This document shows, in pieces, positions 24,501 through 38,900 of a stretch of DNA of 64,000 nt. Location: the NCBI GenBank assembly GCA_964057225.1, contig OZ059900.1, positions 17,360,001 through 17,424,000 on the forward strand, written 5' to 3'. The position numbers and the translations under genes are program-made. Source of the stretch: Auanema rhodensis (Eukaryota > Animalia > Nematoda). The notes under the pieces were generated by a model. The model saw only the letters and a program-made list of their open reading frames with translations, did not search any database and was not told where the DNA came from. The stretch's first letter is position 1; each line of letters starts with the position of its first letter.

Positions 24501-27500
24501 GAAAATTAAGGAAATTAGCATATTCTGAGGGCACGCCCCTTATGGCTAATATTGATTAAATCGATTTTTGTTCATATGATTCGTCAAATGCAACGAATTT
24601 CAGCGTGTTACATACTAAAATGAAGCATTTTACATGCTGAACACTAGAAAAATACAAAAACACAGTATTTCCCATGAGAAATATTTTATTATGCTGGAAA
24701 ACCAGTTTTTGGAAATTTCGCTGTAAACAAGGTTTTGACTTACGATTTCATGTGTTCAAACTCATGCAATGTCAATGAAACCTAGCTCAAAATTGTTCGT
24801 ACAACGTCTAGTTCCACTTTCACGACAAAAAAACAGGGGTTAGAAAACTAAGGAAATTAGCATATTCTGAGGGCACGCCCCTTATGGCTAATATTGATTA
24901 AATCGATTTTTGTTCATATGAGTCGTCAAATGCAACGACTTTCAGCGTGTTACATACTAAAATGAAGCATTTTACATGCTGAACACTAGAAAAATACAAA
25001 AACACAGTATTTCCCATGAGAAATATTTTATTATGCTGGAAAACCAGTTTTTGGAAATTTCGCTGTAAACAAGGTTTTGACTTACGATTTCATGTGTTCA
25101 AACTCATGCAATGTCAATGAAACATAGCTCAAAAATGTTCGTACAACGTCTAGTTCCACTTTCACGACAAAAAAACAGGGGTTAGAAAATTAAGGAAATT
25201 AGCATATTCTGAGGGCACGCCCCTTATGGCTAATATTGATTAAATCGATTTTTGTTCATATGAGTCGTCAAATGCAACGAATTTCAGCGTGTTACATACT
25301 AAAATGAGGCATTTTACATGCTGAACACTAGAAAAATACAAAAACACAGTATTTCCCATGAGAAATATTTTATTATGCTGGAAAACCAGTTTTTGGAAAT
25401 TTCGCTGTAAACAAGGTTTTGACTTACGATTTCATGTGTTCAAACTCATGCAATGTCAATGAAACCTAGCTCAAAATTGTTCGTACAACGTCTAGTTCCA
25501 CTTTCACGACAAAAAAACAGGGGTTAGAAAACTAAGGAAATTAGCATAGTCTGAGGGCACGCCCTTTATGGCTAATATTGATTAAATCGATTTTTGTTCA
25601 TATGAGTCGTCAAATGCAACGAATTTCAGCGTGTTACATACTAAAATGAAGCATTTTACATGCTGAACACTAGAAAAATACAAAAACACAGTATTTCCCA
25701 TGAGAAATATTTTATTATGCTGGAAAACCAGTTTTTGGAAATTTCGCTGTAAACAAGGTTTTGACTTACGATTTCATGTGTTCAAACTCATGCAATGTCA
25801 ATGAAACCTAGCTCAAAATTGTTCGTACAACGTCTAGTTCCACTTTCACGACAAAAAAACAGGGGTTAGAAAACTAAGGAAATTAGCATATTCTGAGGGC
25901 ACGCCCCTTATGGCTAATATTGATTAAATCGATTTTTGTTCATATGAGTCGTCAAATGCAACGACTTTCAGCGTGTTACATACTAAAATGAAGCATTTTA
26001 CATGCTGAACACTAGAAAAATACAAAAACACAGTATTTCCCATGAGAAATATTTTATTATGCTGGAAAACCAGTTTTTGGAAATTTCGCTGTAAACAAGG
26101 TTTTGACTTACGATTTCATGTGTTCAAACTCATGCAATGTCAATGAAACCTAGCTCAAAATTGTTCGTACAACGTCTAGTTCCACTTTCACGACAAAAAA
26201 ACAGGGGTTAGAAAATTAAGGAAATTAGCATATTCTGAGGGCACGCCCCTTATGGCTAATATTGATTAAATCGATTTTTGTTCATATGAGTCGTCAAATG
26301 CAACGAATTGTAGCGTGTTACATACTAAAATGAAGCATTTTACATGCTGAACACTAGAAAAATACAAAAACACAGTATTTCCCATGAGAAATATTTTATT
26401 ATGCTGGAAAACCAGTTTTTGGAAATTTCGCTGTAAACAAGGTTTTGACTTACGATTTCATGTGTTCAAACTCATGCAATGTCAATGAAACCTAGCTCAA
26501 AATTGTTCGTACAACGTCTAGTTCCACTTTCACGACAAAAAAACAGGGGTTAGAAAATTAAGGAAATTAGCATATTCTGAGGGCACGCCCCTTATGGCTA
26601 ATATTGATTAAATCGATTTTTGTTCATATGATTCGTCAAATGCAACGAATTTCAGCGTGTTACATACTAAAATGAAGCATTTTACATGCTGAACACTAGA
26701 AAAATACAAAAACACAGTATTTCCCATGAGAAATATTTTATTATGCTGGAAAACCAGTTTTTGGAAATTTCGCTGTAAACAAGGTTTTGACTTACGATTT
26801 CATGTGTTCAAACTCATGCAATGTCAATGAAACCTAGCTCAAAATTGTTCGTACAACGTCTAGTTCCACTTTCACGACAAAAAAACAGGGGTTAGAAAAT
26901 TAAGGAAATTAGCATATTCTGAGGGCACGCCCCTTATGGCTAATATTGATTAAATCGATTTTTGTTCATATGATTCGTCAAATGCAACGAATTTCAGCGT
27001 GTTACATACTAAAATGAAGCATTTTACATGCTGAACACTAGAAAAATACAAAAACACAGTATTTCCCATGAGAAATATTTTATTATGCTGGAAAACCAGT
27101 TTTTGGAAATTTCGCTGTAAACAAGGTTTTGACTTACGATATCATGTGTTCAAACTCATGCAATGTCAATGAAACCTAGCTCAAAATTGTTCGTACAACG
27201 TCTAGTTCCACTTTCACGACAAAAAAACAGGGGTTAGAAAATTAAGGAAATTAGCATATTCTGAGGGCACGCCCCTTATGGCTAATATTGATTAAATCGA
27301 TTTTTGTTCATATGATTCGTCAAATGCAACGAATTTCAGCGTGTTACATACTAAAATGAAGCATTTTACATGCTGAACACTAGAAAAATACAAAAACACA
27401 GTATTTCCCATGAGAAATATTTTATTATGCTGGAAAACCAGTTTTTGGAAATTTCGCTGTAAACAAGGTTTTGACTTACGATTTCATGTGTTCAAACTCA

Positions 27501-30500
27501 TGCAATGTCAATGAAACATAGCTCAAAAATGTTCGTACAACGTCTAGTTCCACTTTCACGACAAAAAAACAGGGGTTAGAAAATTAAGGAAATTAGCATA
27601 TTCTGAGGGCACGCCCCTTATGGCTAATATTGATTAAATCGATTTTTGTTCATATGAGTCGTCAAATGCAACGAATTTCAGCGTGTTACATACTAAAATG
27701 AGGCATTTTACATGCTGAACACTAGAAAAATACAAAAACACAGTATTTCCCATGAGAAATATTTTATTATGCTGGAAAACCAGTTTTTGGAAATTTCGCT
27801 GTAAACAAGGTTTTGACTTACGATTTCATGTGTTCAAACTCATGCAATGTCAATGAAACCTAGCTCAAAATTGTTCGTACAACGTCTAGTTCCACTTTCA
27901 CGACAAAAAAACAGGGGTTAGAAAACTAAGGAAATTAGCATAGTCTGAGGGCACGCCCCTTATGGCTAATATTGATTAAATCGATTTTTGTTCATATGAG
28001 TCGTCAAATGCAACGAATTTCAGCGTGTTACATACTAAAATGAAGCATTTTACATGCTGAACACTAGAAAAATACAAAAACACAGTATTTCCCATGAGAA
28101 ATATTTTATTATGCTGGAAAACCAGTTTTTGGAAATTTCGCTGTAAACAAGGTTTTGACTTACGATTTCATGTGTTCAAACTCATGCAATGTCAATGAAA
28201 CCTAGCTCAAAATTGTTCGTACAACGTCTAGTTCCACTTTCACGACAAAAAAACAGGGGTTAGAAAATTAAGGAAATTAGCATATTCTGAGGGCACGCCC
28301 CTTATGGCTAATATTGATTAAATCGATTTTTGTTCATATGATTCGTCAAATGCAACGAATTTCAGCGTGTTACATACTAAAATGAAGCATTTTACATGCT
28401 GAACACTAGAAAAATACAAAAACACAGTATTTCCCATGAGAAATATTTTATTATGCTGGAAAACCAGTTTTTGGAAATTTCGCTGTAAACAAGGTTTTGA
28501 CTTACGATTTCATGTGTTCAAACTCATGCAATGTCAATGAAACCTAGCTCAAAATTGTTCGTAAAACGTCTAGTTCCACTTTCACGACAAAAAAACAGGG
28601 GTTAGAAAACTAAGGAAATTAGCATATTCTGAGGGCACGCCCCTTATGGCTAATATTGATTAAATCGATTTTTGTTCATATGAGTCGTCAAATGCAACGA
28701 CTTTCAGCGTGTTACATACTAAAATGAAGCATTTTACATGCTGAACACTAGAAAAATACAAAAACACAGTATTTCCCATGAGAAATATTTTATTATGCTG
28801 GAAAACCAGTTTTTGGAAATTTCGCTGTAAACAAGGTTTTGACTTACGATTTCATGTGTTCAAACTCATGCAATGTCAATGAAACCTAGCTCAAAATTGT
28901 TCGTACAACGTCTAGTTCCACTTTCACGACAAAAAAACAGGGGTTAGAAAATTAAGGAAATTAGCATATTCTGAGGGCACGCCCCTTATGGCTAATATTG
29001 ATTAAATCGATTTTTGTTCATATGAGTCGTCAAATGCAACGAATTGTAGCGTGTTACATACTAAAATGAAGCATTTTACATGCTGAACACTAGAAAAATA
29101 CAAAAACACAGTATTTCCCATGAGAAATATTTTATTATGCTGGAAAACCAGTTTTTGGAAATTTCGCTGTAAACAAGGTTTTGACTTACGATTTCATGTG
29201 TTCAAACTCATGCAATGTCAATGAAACCTAGCTCAAAATTGTTCGTACAACGTCTAGTTCCACTTTCACGACAAAAAAACAGGGGTTAGAAAATTAAGGA
29301 AATTAGCATATTCTGAGGGCACGCCCCTTATGGCTAATATTGATTAAATCGATTTTTGTTCATATGATTCGTCAAATGCAACGAATTTCAGCGTGTTACA
29401 TACTAAAATGAAGCATTTTACATGCTGAACACTAGAAAAATACAAAAACACAGTATTTCCCATGAGAAATATTTTATTATGCTGGAAAACCAGTTTTTGG
29501 AAATTTCGCTGTAAACAAGGTTTTGACTTACGATTTCATGTGTTCAAACTCATGCAATGTCAATGAAACCTAGCTCAAAATTGTTCGTACAACGTCTAGT
29601 TCCACTTTCACGACAAAAAAACAGGGGTTAGAAAACTAAGGAAATTAGCATATTCTGAGGGCACGCCCCTTATGGCTAATATTGATTAAATCGATTTTTG
29701 TTCATATGAGTCGTCAAATGCAACGACTTTCAGCGTGTTACATACTAAAATGAAGCATTTTACATGCTGAACACTAGAAAAATACAAAAACACAGTATTT
29801 CCCATGAGAAATATTTTATTATGCTGGAAAACCAGTTTTTGGAAATTTCGCTGTAAACAAGGTTTTGACTTACGATTTCATGTGTTCAAACTCATGCAAT
29901 GTCAATGAAACCTAGCTCAAAATTGTTCGTACAACGTCTAGTTCCACTTTCACGACAAAAAAACAGGGGTTAGCAAATTAAGGAAATTAGCATATTCTGA
30001 GGGCACGCCCCTTATGGCTAATATTGATTAAATCGATTTTTGTTCATATGAGTCGTCAGATGCAACGAATTTCAGCGTGTTACATACTAAAATGAAGCAT
30101 TTTACATGCTGAACACTAGAAAAATACAAAAACACAGTATTTCCCATGAGAAATATTTTATTATGCTGGAAAACCAGTTTTTGGAAATTTCGCTGTAAAC
30201 AAGGTTTTGACTTACGATTTCATGTGTTCAAACTCATGCAATGTCAATGAAACCTAGCTCAAAATTGTTCGTACAACGTCTAGTTCCACTTTCACGACAA
30301 AAAAACAGGGGTTAGAAAATTAAGGAAATTAGCATATTCTGAGGGCACGCCCCTTATGGCTAATATTGATTAAATCGATTTTTGTTCATATGAGTCGTCA
30401 AATGCAACGAATTTCAGCGTGTTACATACTAAAATGAAGCATTTTACATGCTGAACACTAGAAAAATACAAAAACACAGTATTTCCCATGAGAAATATTT

Positions 30501-33500
30501 TATTATGCTGGAAAACCAGTTTTTGGAAATTTCGCTGTAAACAAGGTTTTGACTTACGATTTCATGTGTTCAAACTCATGCAATGTCAATGAAACCTAGC
30601 TCAAAATTGTTCGTACAACGTCTAGTTCCACTTTCACGACAAAAAAACAGGGGTTAGAAAACTAAGGAAATTAGCATATTCTGAGGGCACGCCCCTTATG
30701 GCTAATATTGATTAAATCGATTTTTGTTCATATGAGTCGTCAAATGCAACGAATTTCAGCGTGTTACATACTAAAATGAAGCATTTTACATGCTGAACAC
30801 TAGAAAAATACAAAAACACAGTATTTCCCATGAGAAATATTTTACTATGCTGGAAAACCAGTTTTTGGAAATTTCGCTGTAAACAAGGTTTTGACTTACG
30901 ATTTCATGTGTTCAAACTCATGCAATGTCAATGAAACCTAGCTCAAAATTGTTCGTACAACGTCTAGTTCCACTTTCACGACAAAAAAACAGGGGTTAGA
31001 AAATTAAGGAAATTAGCATATTCTGAGGGCACGCCCCTTATGGCTAATATTGATTAAATCGATTTTTGTTCATATGATTCGTCAAATGCAACGAATTTCA
31101 GCGTGTTACATACTAAAATGAAGCATTTTACATGCTGAACACTAGAAAAATACAAAAACACAGTATTTCCCATGAGAAATATTTTATTATGCTGGAAAAC
31201 CAGTTTTTGGAAATTTCGCTGTAAACAAGGTTTTGACTTACGATTTCATGTGTTCAAACTCATGCAATGTCAATGAAACCTAGCTCAAAATTGTTCGTAC
31301 AACGTCTAGTTCCACTTTCACGACAAAAAAACAGGGGTTAGAAAACTAAGGAAATTAGCATATTCTGAGGGCACGCCCCTTATGGCTAATATTGATTAAA
31401 TCGATTTTTGTTCATATGAGTCGTCAAATGCAACGACTTTCAGCGTGTTACATACTAAAATGAAGCATTTTACATGCTGAACACTAGAAAAATACAAAAA
31501 CACAGTATTTCCCATGAGAAATATTTTATTATGCTGGAAAACCAGTTTTTGGAAATTTCGCTGTAAACAAGGTTTTGACTTACGATTTCATGTGTTCAAA
31601 CTCATGCAATGTCAATGAAACCTAGCTCAAAATTGTTCGTACAACGTCTAGTTCCACTTTCACGACAAAAAAACAGGGGTTAGAAAATTAAGGAAATTAG
31701 CATATTCTGAGGGCACGCCCCTTATGGCTAATATTGATTAAATCGATTTTTGTTCATATGAGTCGTCAAATGCAACGAATTTTAGCGTGTTACATACTAA
31801 AATGAAGCATTTTACATGCTGAACACTAGAAAAATACAAAAACACAGTATTTCCCATGAGAAATATTTTATTATGCTGGAAAACCAGTTTTTGGAAATTT
31901 CGCTGTAAACAAGGTTTTGACTTACGATTTCATGTGTTCAAACTCATGCAATGTCAATGAAACCTAGCTCAAAATTGTTCGTACAACGTCTAGTTCCACT
32001 TTCACGACAAAAAAACAGGGGTTAGAAAACTAAGGAAATTAGCATATTCTGAGGGCACGCCCCTTATGGCTAATATTGATTAAATCGATTTTTGTTCATA
32101 TGAGTCGTCAAATGCAACGAATTTCAGCGTGTTACATACTAAAATGAAGCATTTTACATGCTGAACACTAGAAAAATACAAAAACACAGTATTTCCCATG
32201 AGAAATATTTTACTATGCTGGAAAACCAGTTTTTGGAAATTTCGCTGTAAACAAGGTTTTGACTTACGATTTCATGTGTTCAAACTCATGCAATGTCAAT
32301 GAAACCTAGCTCAAAATTGTTCGTACAACGTCTAGTTCCACTTTCACGACAAAAAAACAGGGGTTAGAAAATTAAGGAAATTAGCATATTCTGAGGGCAC
32401 GCCCCTTATGGCTAATATTGATTAAATCGATTTTTGTTCATATGATTCGTCAAATGCAACGAATTTCAGCGTGTTACATACTAAAATGAAGCATTTTACA
32501 TGCTGAACACTAGAAAAATACAAAAACACAGTATTTCCCATGAGAAATATTTTATTATGCTGGAAAACCAGTTTTTGGAAATTTCGCTGTAAACAAGGTT
32601 TTGACTTACGATTTCATGTGTTCAAACTCATGCAATGTCAATGAAACCTAGCTCAAAATTGTTCGTACAACGTCTAGTTCCACTTTCACGACAAAAAAAC
32701 AGGGGTTAGAAAATTAAGGAAATTAGCATATTCTGAGGGCACGCCCCTTATGGCTAATATTGATTAAATCGATTTTTGTTCATATGATTCGTCAAATGCA
32801 ACGAATTTCAGCGTGTTACATACTAAAATGAAGCATTTTACATGCTGAACACTAGAAAAATACAAAAACACAGTATTTCCCATGAGAAATATTTTATTAT
32901 GCTGGAAAACCAGTTTTTGGAAATTTCGCTGTAAACAAGGTTTTGACTTACGATTTCATGTGTTCAAACTCATGCAATGTCAATGAAACCTAGCTCAAAA
33001 TTGTTCGTACAACGTCTAGTTCCACTTTCACGACAAAAAAACAGGGGTTAGAAAATTAAGGAAATTAGCATATTCTGAGGGCACGCCCCTTATGGCTAAT
33101 ATTGATTAAATCGATTTTTGTTCATATGAGTCGTCAAATGCAACGAATTTCAGCGTGTTACATACTAAAATGAAGCATTTTACATGCTGAACACTAGAAA
33201 AATACAAAAACACAGTATTTCCCATGAGAAATATTTTATTATGCTGGAAAACCAGTTTTTGGAAATTTCGCTGTAAACAAGGTTTTGACTTACGATTTCA
33301 TGTGTTCAAACTCATGCAATGTCAATGAAACCTAGCTCAAAATTGTTCGTACAACGTCTAGTTCCACTTTCACGACAAAAAAACAGGGGTTAGAAAATTA
33401 AGGAAATTAGCATATTCTGAGGGCACGCCCCTTATGGCTAATATTGATTAAATCGATTTTTGTTCATATGAGTCGTCAAATGCAACGAATTTCAGCGTGT

Positions 33501-33858
33501 TACATACTAAAATGAAGCATTTTACATGCTGAACACTAGAAAAATACAAAAACACAGTATTTCCCATGAGAAATATTTTATTATGCTGGAAAACCAGTTT
33601 TTGGAAATTTCGCTGTAAACAAGGTTTTGACTTACGATTTCATGTGTTCAAACTCATGCAATGTCAATGAAACCTAGCTCAAAATTGTTCGTACAACGTC
33701 TAGTTCCACTTTCACGACAAAAAAACAGGGGTTAGAAAATTAAGGAAATTAGCATATTCTGAGGGCACGCCCCTTATGGCTAATATTGATTAAATCGATT
33801 TTTGTTCATATGAGTCGTCAAATGCAACGAATTTCAGCGTGTTACATACTAAAATGAA
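21547..33858 (+). repeat. Sub-array domain C, copy 1 (M64-M99)
   Basis: Ordered markers 48T, 158A, 224C+339G, 158A+169A, 318G+319T, 305G, 65C+298T, 319T. The same order recurs at 48565-63612. Confidence 0.85.
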
Positions 33859-35910
33859 GCATTTTACATGCTGAACACTAGAAAAATACAAAAACACAGT
33901 ATTTCCCATGAGAAATATTTTATTATGCTGGAAAACCAGTTTTTGGAAATTTCGCTGTAAACAAGGTTTTGACTTACGATTTCATGTGTTCAAACTCATG
34001 CAATGTCAATGAAACCTAGCTCAAAATTGTTCGTACAACGTCTAGTTCCACTTTCACGACAAAAAAACAGGGGTTAGAAAATTAAGGAAATTAGCATATT
34101 CTGAGGGCACGCCCCTTATGGCTAATATTGATTAAATCGATTTTTGTTCATATGAGTCGTCAAATGCAACGACTTTCAGCGTGTTACATACTAAAATGAA
34201 GCATTTTACATGCTGAACACTAGAAAAATACAAAAACACAGTATTTCCCATGAGAAATATTTTATTATGCTGGAAAACCAGTTTTTGGAAATTTCGCTGT
34301 AAACAAGGTTTTGACTTACGATTTCATGTGTTCAAACTCATGCAATGTCAATGAAACCTAGCTCAAAATTGTTCGTACAACGTCTAGTTCCACTTTCACG
34401 ACAAAAAAACAAGGGTTAGAAAATTAAGGAAATTAGCATATTCTGAGGGCACGCCCCTTATGGCTAATATTGATTAAATCGATTTTTGTTCATATGAGTC
34501 GTCAAATGCAACGAATTTCAGCGTGTTACATACTAAAATGAAGCATTTTACATGCTGAACACTAGAAAAATACAAAAACACAGTATTTCCCATGAGAAAT
34601 ATTTTATTATGCTGGAAAACCAGTTTTTGGAAATTTCGCTGTAAACAAGGTTTTGACTTACGATTTCATGTGTTCAAACTCATGCAATGTCAATGAAACC
34701 TAGCTCAAAATTGTTCGTACAACGTCTAGTTCCACTTTCACGACAAAAAAACAGGGGTTAGAAAATTAAGGAAATTAGCATATTCTGAGGGCACGCCCCT
34801 TATGGCTAATATTGATTAAATCGATTTTTGTTCATATGAGTCGTCAAATGCAACGAATTTCAGCGTGTTACATACTAAAATGAAGCATTTTACATGCTGA
34901 ACACTAGAAAAATACAAAAACACAGTATTTCCCATGAGAAATATTTTATTATGCTGGAAAACCAGTTTTTGGAAATTTCGCTGTAAACAAGGTTTTGACT
35001 TACGATTTCATGTGTTCAAACTCATGCAATGTCAATGAAACCTAGCTCAAAATTGTTCGTACAACGTCTAGTTCCACTTTCACGACAAAAAAACAGGGGT
35101 TAGAAAATTAAGGAAATTAGCATATTCTGAGGGCACGCCCCTTATGGCTAATATTGATTAAATCGATTTTTGTTCATATGAGTCGTCAAATGCAACGAAT
35201 TTCAGCGTGTTACATACTAAAATGAAGCATTTTACATGCTGAACACTAGAAAAATACAAAAACACAGTATTTCCCATGAGAAATATTTTATTATGCTGGA
35301 AAACCAGTTTTTGGAAATTTCGCTGTAAACAAGGTTTTGACTTACGATTTCATGTGTTCAAACTCATGCAATGTCAATGAAACCTAGCTCAAAATTGTTC
35401 GTACAACGTCTAGTTCCACTTTCACGACAAAAAAACAGGGGTTAGAAAATTAAGGAAATTAGCATATTCTGAGGGCACGCCCCTTATGGCTAATATTGAT
35501 TAAATCGATTTTTGTTCATATGAGTCGTCAAATGCAACGAATTTCAGCGTGTTACATACTAAAATGAAGCATTTTACATGCTGAACACTAGAAAAATACA
35601 AAAACACAGTATTTCCCATGAGAAATATTTTATTATGCTGGAAAACCAGTTTTTGGAAATTTCGCTGTAAACAAGGTTTTGACTTACGATTTCATGTGTT
35701 CAAACTCATGCAATGTCAATGAAACCTAGCTCAAAATTGTTCGTACAACGTCTAGTTCCACTTTCACGACAAAAAAACAGGGGTTAGAAAATTAAGGAAA
35801 TTAGCATATTCTGAGGGCACGCCCCTTATGGCTAATATTGATTAAATCGATTTTTGTTCATATGAGTCGTCAAATGCAACGAATTTCAGCGTGTTACATA
35901 CTAAAATGAA

Positions 35911-38900
35911 GCATTTTACATGCTGAACACTAGAAAAATACAAAAACACAGTATTTCCCATGAGAAATATTTTATTATGCTGGAAAACCAGTTTTTGGAA
36001 ATTTCGCTGTAAACAAGGTTTTGACTTACGATTTCATGTGTTCAAACTCATGCAATGTCAATGAAACCTAGCTCAAAATTGTTTGTACAACGTCTAGTTC
36101 CACTTTCACGACAAAAAAACAAGGGTTAGAAAATTAAGGAAATTAGCATATTCTGAGGGCACGCCCCTTATGGCTAATATTGATTAAATCGATTTTTGTT
36201 CATATGAGTCGTCAAATGCAACGAATTTCAGCGTGTTACATACTAAAATGAAGCATTTTACATGCTGAACACTATAAAAATACAAAAACACAGTATTTCC
36301 CATGAGAAATATTTTATTATGCTGGAAAACCAGTTTTTGGAAATTTCGCTGTAAACAAGGTTTTGACTTACGATTTCATGTGTTCAAACTCATGCAATGT
36401 CAATGAAACCTAGCTCAAAATTGTTCGTACAACGTCTAGTTCCACTTTCACGACAAAAAAACAGGGGTTAGAAAATTTAGGAAATTAGCATATTCTGAGG
36501 GCACGCCCCTTATGGCTAATATTGATTAAATCGATTTTTGTTCATATGAGTCGTCAAATGCAACGAATTTCAGCGTGTTACATACTAAAATGAAACATTT
36601 TACATGCTGAACACTAGAAAAATACAAAAACACAGTATTTCCCATGAGAAATATTTTATTATGCTGGAAAACCAGTTTTTGGAAATTTCGCTGTAAACAA
36701 GGTTTTGACTTACGATTTCATGTGTTCAAACTCATGCAATGTCAATGAAACCTAGCTCAAAATTGTTCGTACAACGTCTAGTTCCACTTTCACGACAAAA
36801 AAACAAGGGTTAGAAAATTAAGGAAATTAGCATATTCTGAGGGCACGCCCCTTATGGCTAATATTGATTAAATCGATTTTTGTTCATATGAGTCGTCAAA
36901 TGCAACGAATTTCAGCGTGTTACATACTAAAATGAAGCATTTTACATGCTGAACACTAGAAAAATACAAAAACACAGTATTTCCCATGAGAAATATTTTA
37001 TTATGCTGGAAAACCAGTTTTTGGAAATTTCGCTGTAAACAAGGTTTTGACTTACGATTTCATGTGTTCAAACTCATGCAATGTCAATGAAACCTAGCTC
37101 AAAATTGTTCGTACAACGTCTAGTTCCACTTTCACGACAAAAAAACAGGGGTTAGAAAATTAAGGAAATTAGCATATTCTGAGGGCACGCCCCTTATGGC
37201 TAATATTGATTAAATCGATTTTTGTTCATATGAGTCGTCAAATGCAAAGAATTTCAGCGTGTTACATACTTAAATGAAGCATTTTACATGCTGAACACTA
37301 GAAAAATACAAAAACACAGTATTTCCCATGAGAAATATTTTATTATGCTGGAAAACCAGTTTTTGGAAATTTCGCTGTAAACAAGGTTTTGACTTACGAT
37401 TTCATGTGTTCAAACTCATGCAATGTCAATGAAACCTAGCTCAAAATTGTTCGTACAACGTCTAGTTCCACTTTCACGACAAAAAAACAGGGGTTAGAAA
37501 ATTAAGGAAATTAGCATATTCTGAGGGCACGCCCCTTATGGCTAATATTGATTAAATCGATTTTTGTTCATATGAGTCGTCAAATGCAACGAATTTCAGC
37601 GTGTTTCATACTAAAATGAAGCATTTTACATGCTGAACACTAGAAAAATACAAAAACACAGTATTTCCCATGAGAAATATTTTATTATGCTGGAAAACCA
37701 GTTTTTGGAAATTTCGCTGTAAACAAGGTTTTGACTTACGATTTCATGTGTTCAAACTCATGCAATGTCAATGAAACCTAGCTCAAAATTGTTTGTACAA
37801 CGTCTAGTTCCACTTTCACGACAAAAAAACAAGGGTTAGAAAATTAAGGAAATTAGCATATTCTGAGGGCACGCCCCTTATGGCTAATATTGATTAAATC
37901 GATTTTTGTTCATATGAGTCGTCAAATGCAACGAATTTCAGCGTGTTACATACTAAAATGAAGCATTTTACATGCTGAACACTATAAAAATACAAAAACA
38001 CAGTATTTCCCATGAGAAATATTTTATTATGCTGGAAAACCAGTTTTTGGAAATTTCGCTGTAAACAAGGTTTTGACTTACGATTTCATGTGTTCAAACT
38101 CATGCAATGTCAATGAAACCTAGCTCAAAATTGTTCGTACAACGTCTAGTTCCACTTTCACGACAAAAAAACAGGGGTTAGAAAATTTAGGAAATTAGCA
38201 TATTCTGAGGGCACGCCCCTTATGGCTAATATTGATTAAATCGATTTTTGTTCATATGAGTCGTCAAATGCAACGAATTTCAGCGTGTTACATACTAAAA
38301 TGAAGCATTTTACATGCTGAACACTAGAAAAATACAAAAACACAGTATTTCCCATGAGAAATATTTTATTATGCTGGAAAACCAGTTTTTGGAAATTTCG
38401 CTGTAAACAAGGTTTTGACTTACGATTTCATGTGTTCAAACTCATGCAATGTCAATGAAACCTAGCTCAAAATTGTTCGTACAACGTCTAGTTCCACTTT
38501 CACGACAAAAAAACAAGGGTTAGAAAATTAAGGAAATTAGCATATTCTGAGGGCACGCCCCTTATGGCTAATATTGATTAAATCGATTTTTGTTCATATG
38601 AGTCGTCAAATGCAACGAATTTCAGCGTGTTACATACTAAAATGAAGCATTTTACATGCTGAACACTAGAAAAATACAAAAACACAGTATTTCCCATGAG
38701 AAATATTTTATTATGCTGGAAAACCAGTTTTTGGAAATTTCGCTGTAAACAAGGTTTTGACTTACGATTTCATGTGTTCAAACTCATGCAATGTCAATGA
38801 AACCTAGCTCAAAATTGTTCGTACAACGTCTAGTTCCACTTTCACGACAAAAAAACAGGGGTTAGAAAATTAAGGAAATTAGCATATTCTGAGGGCACGC

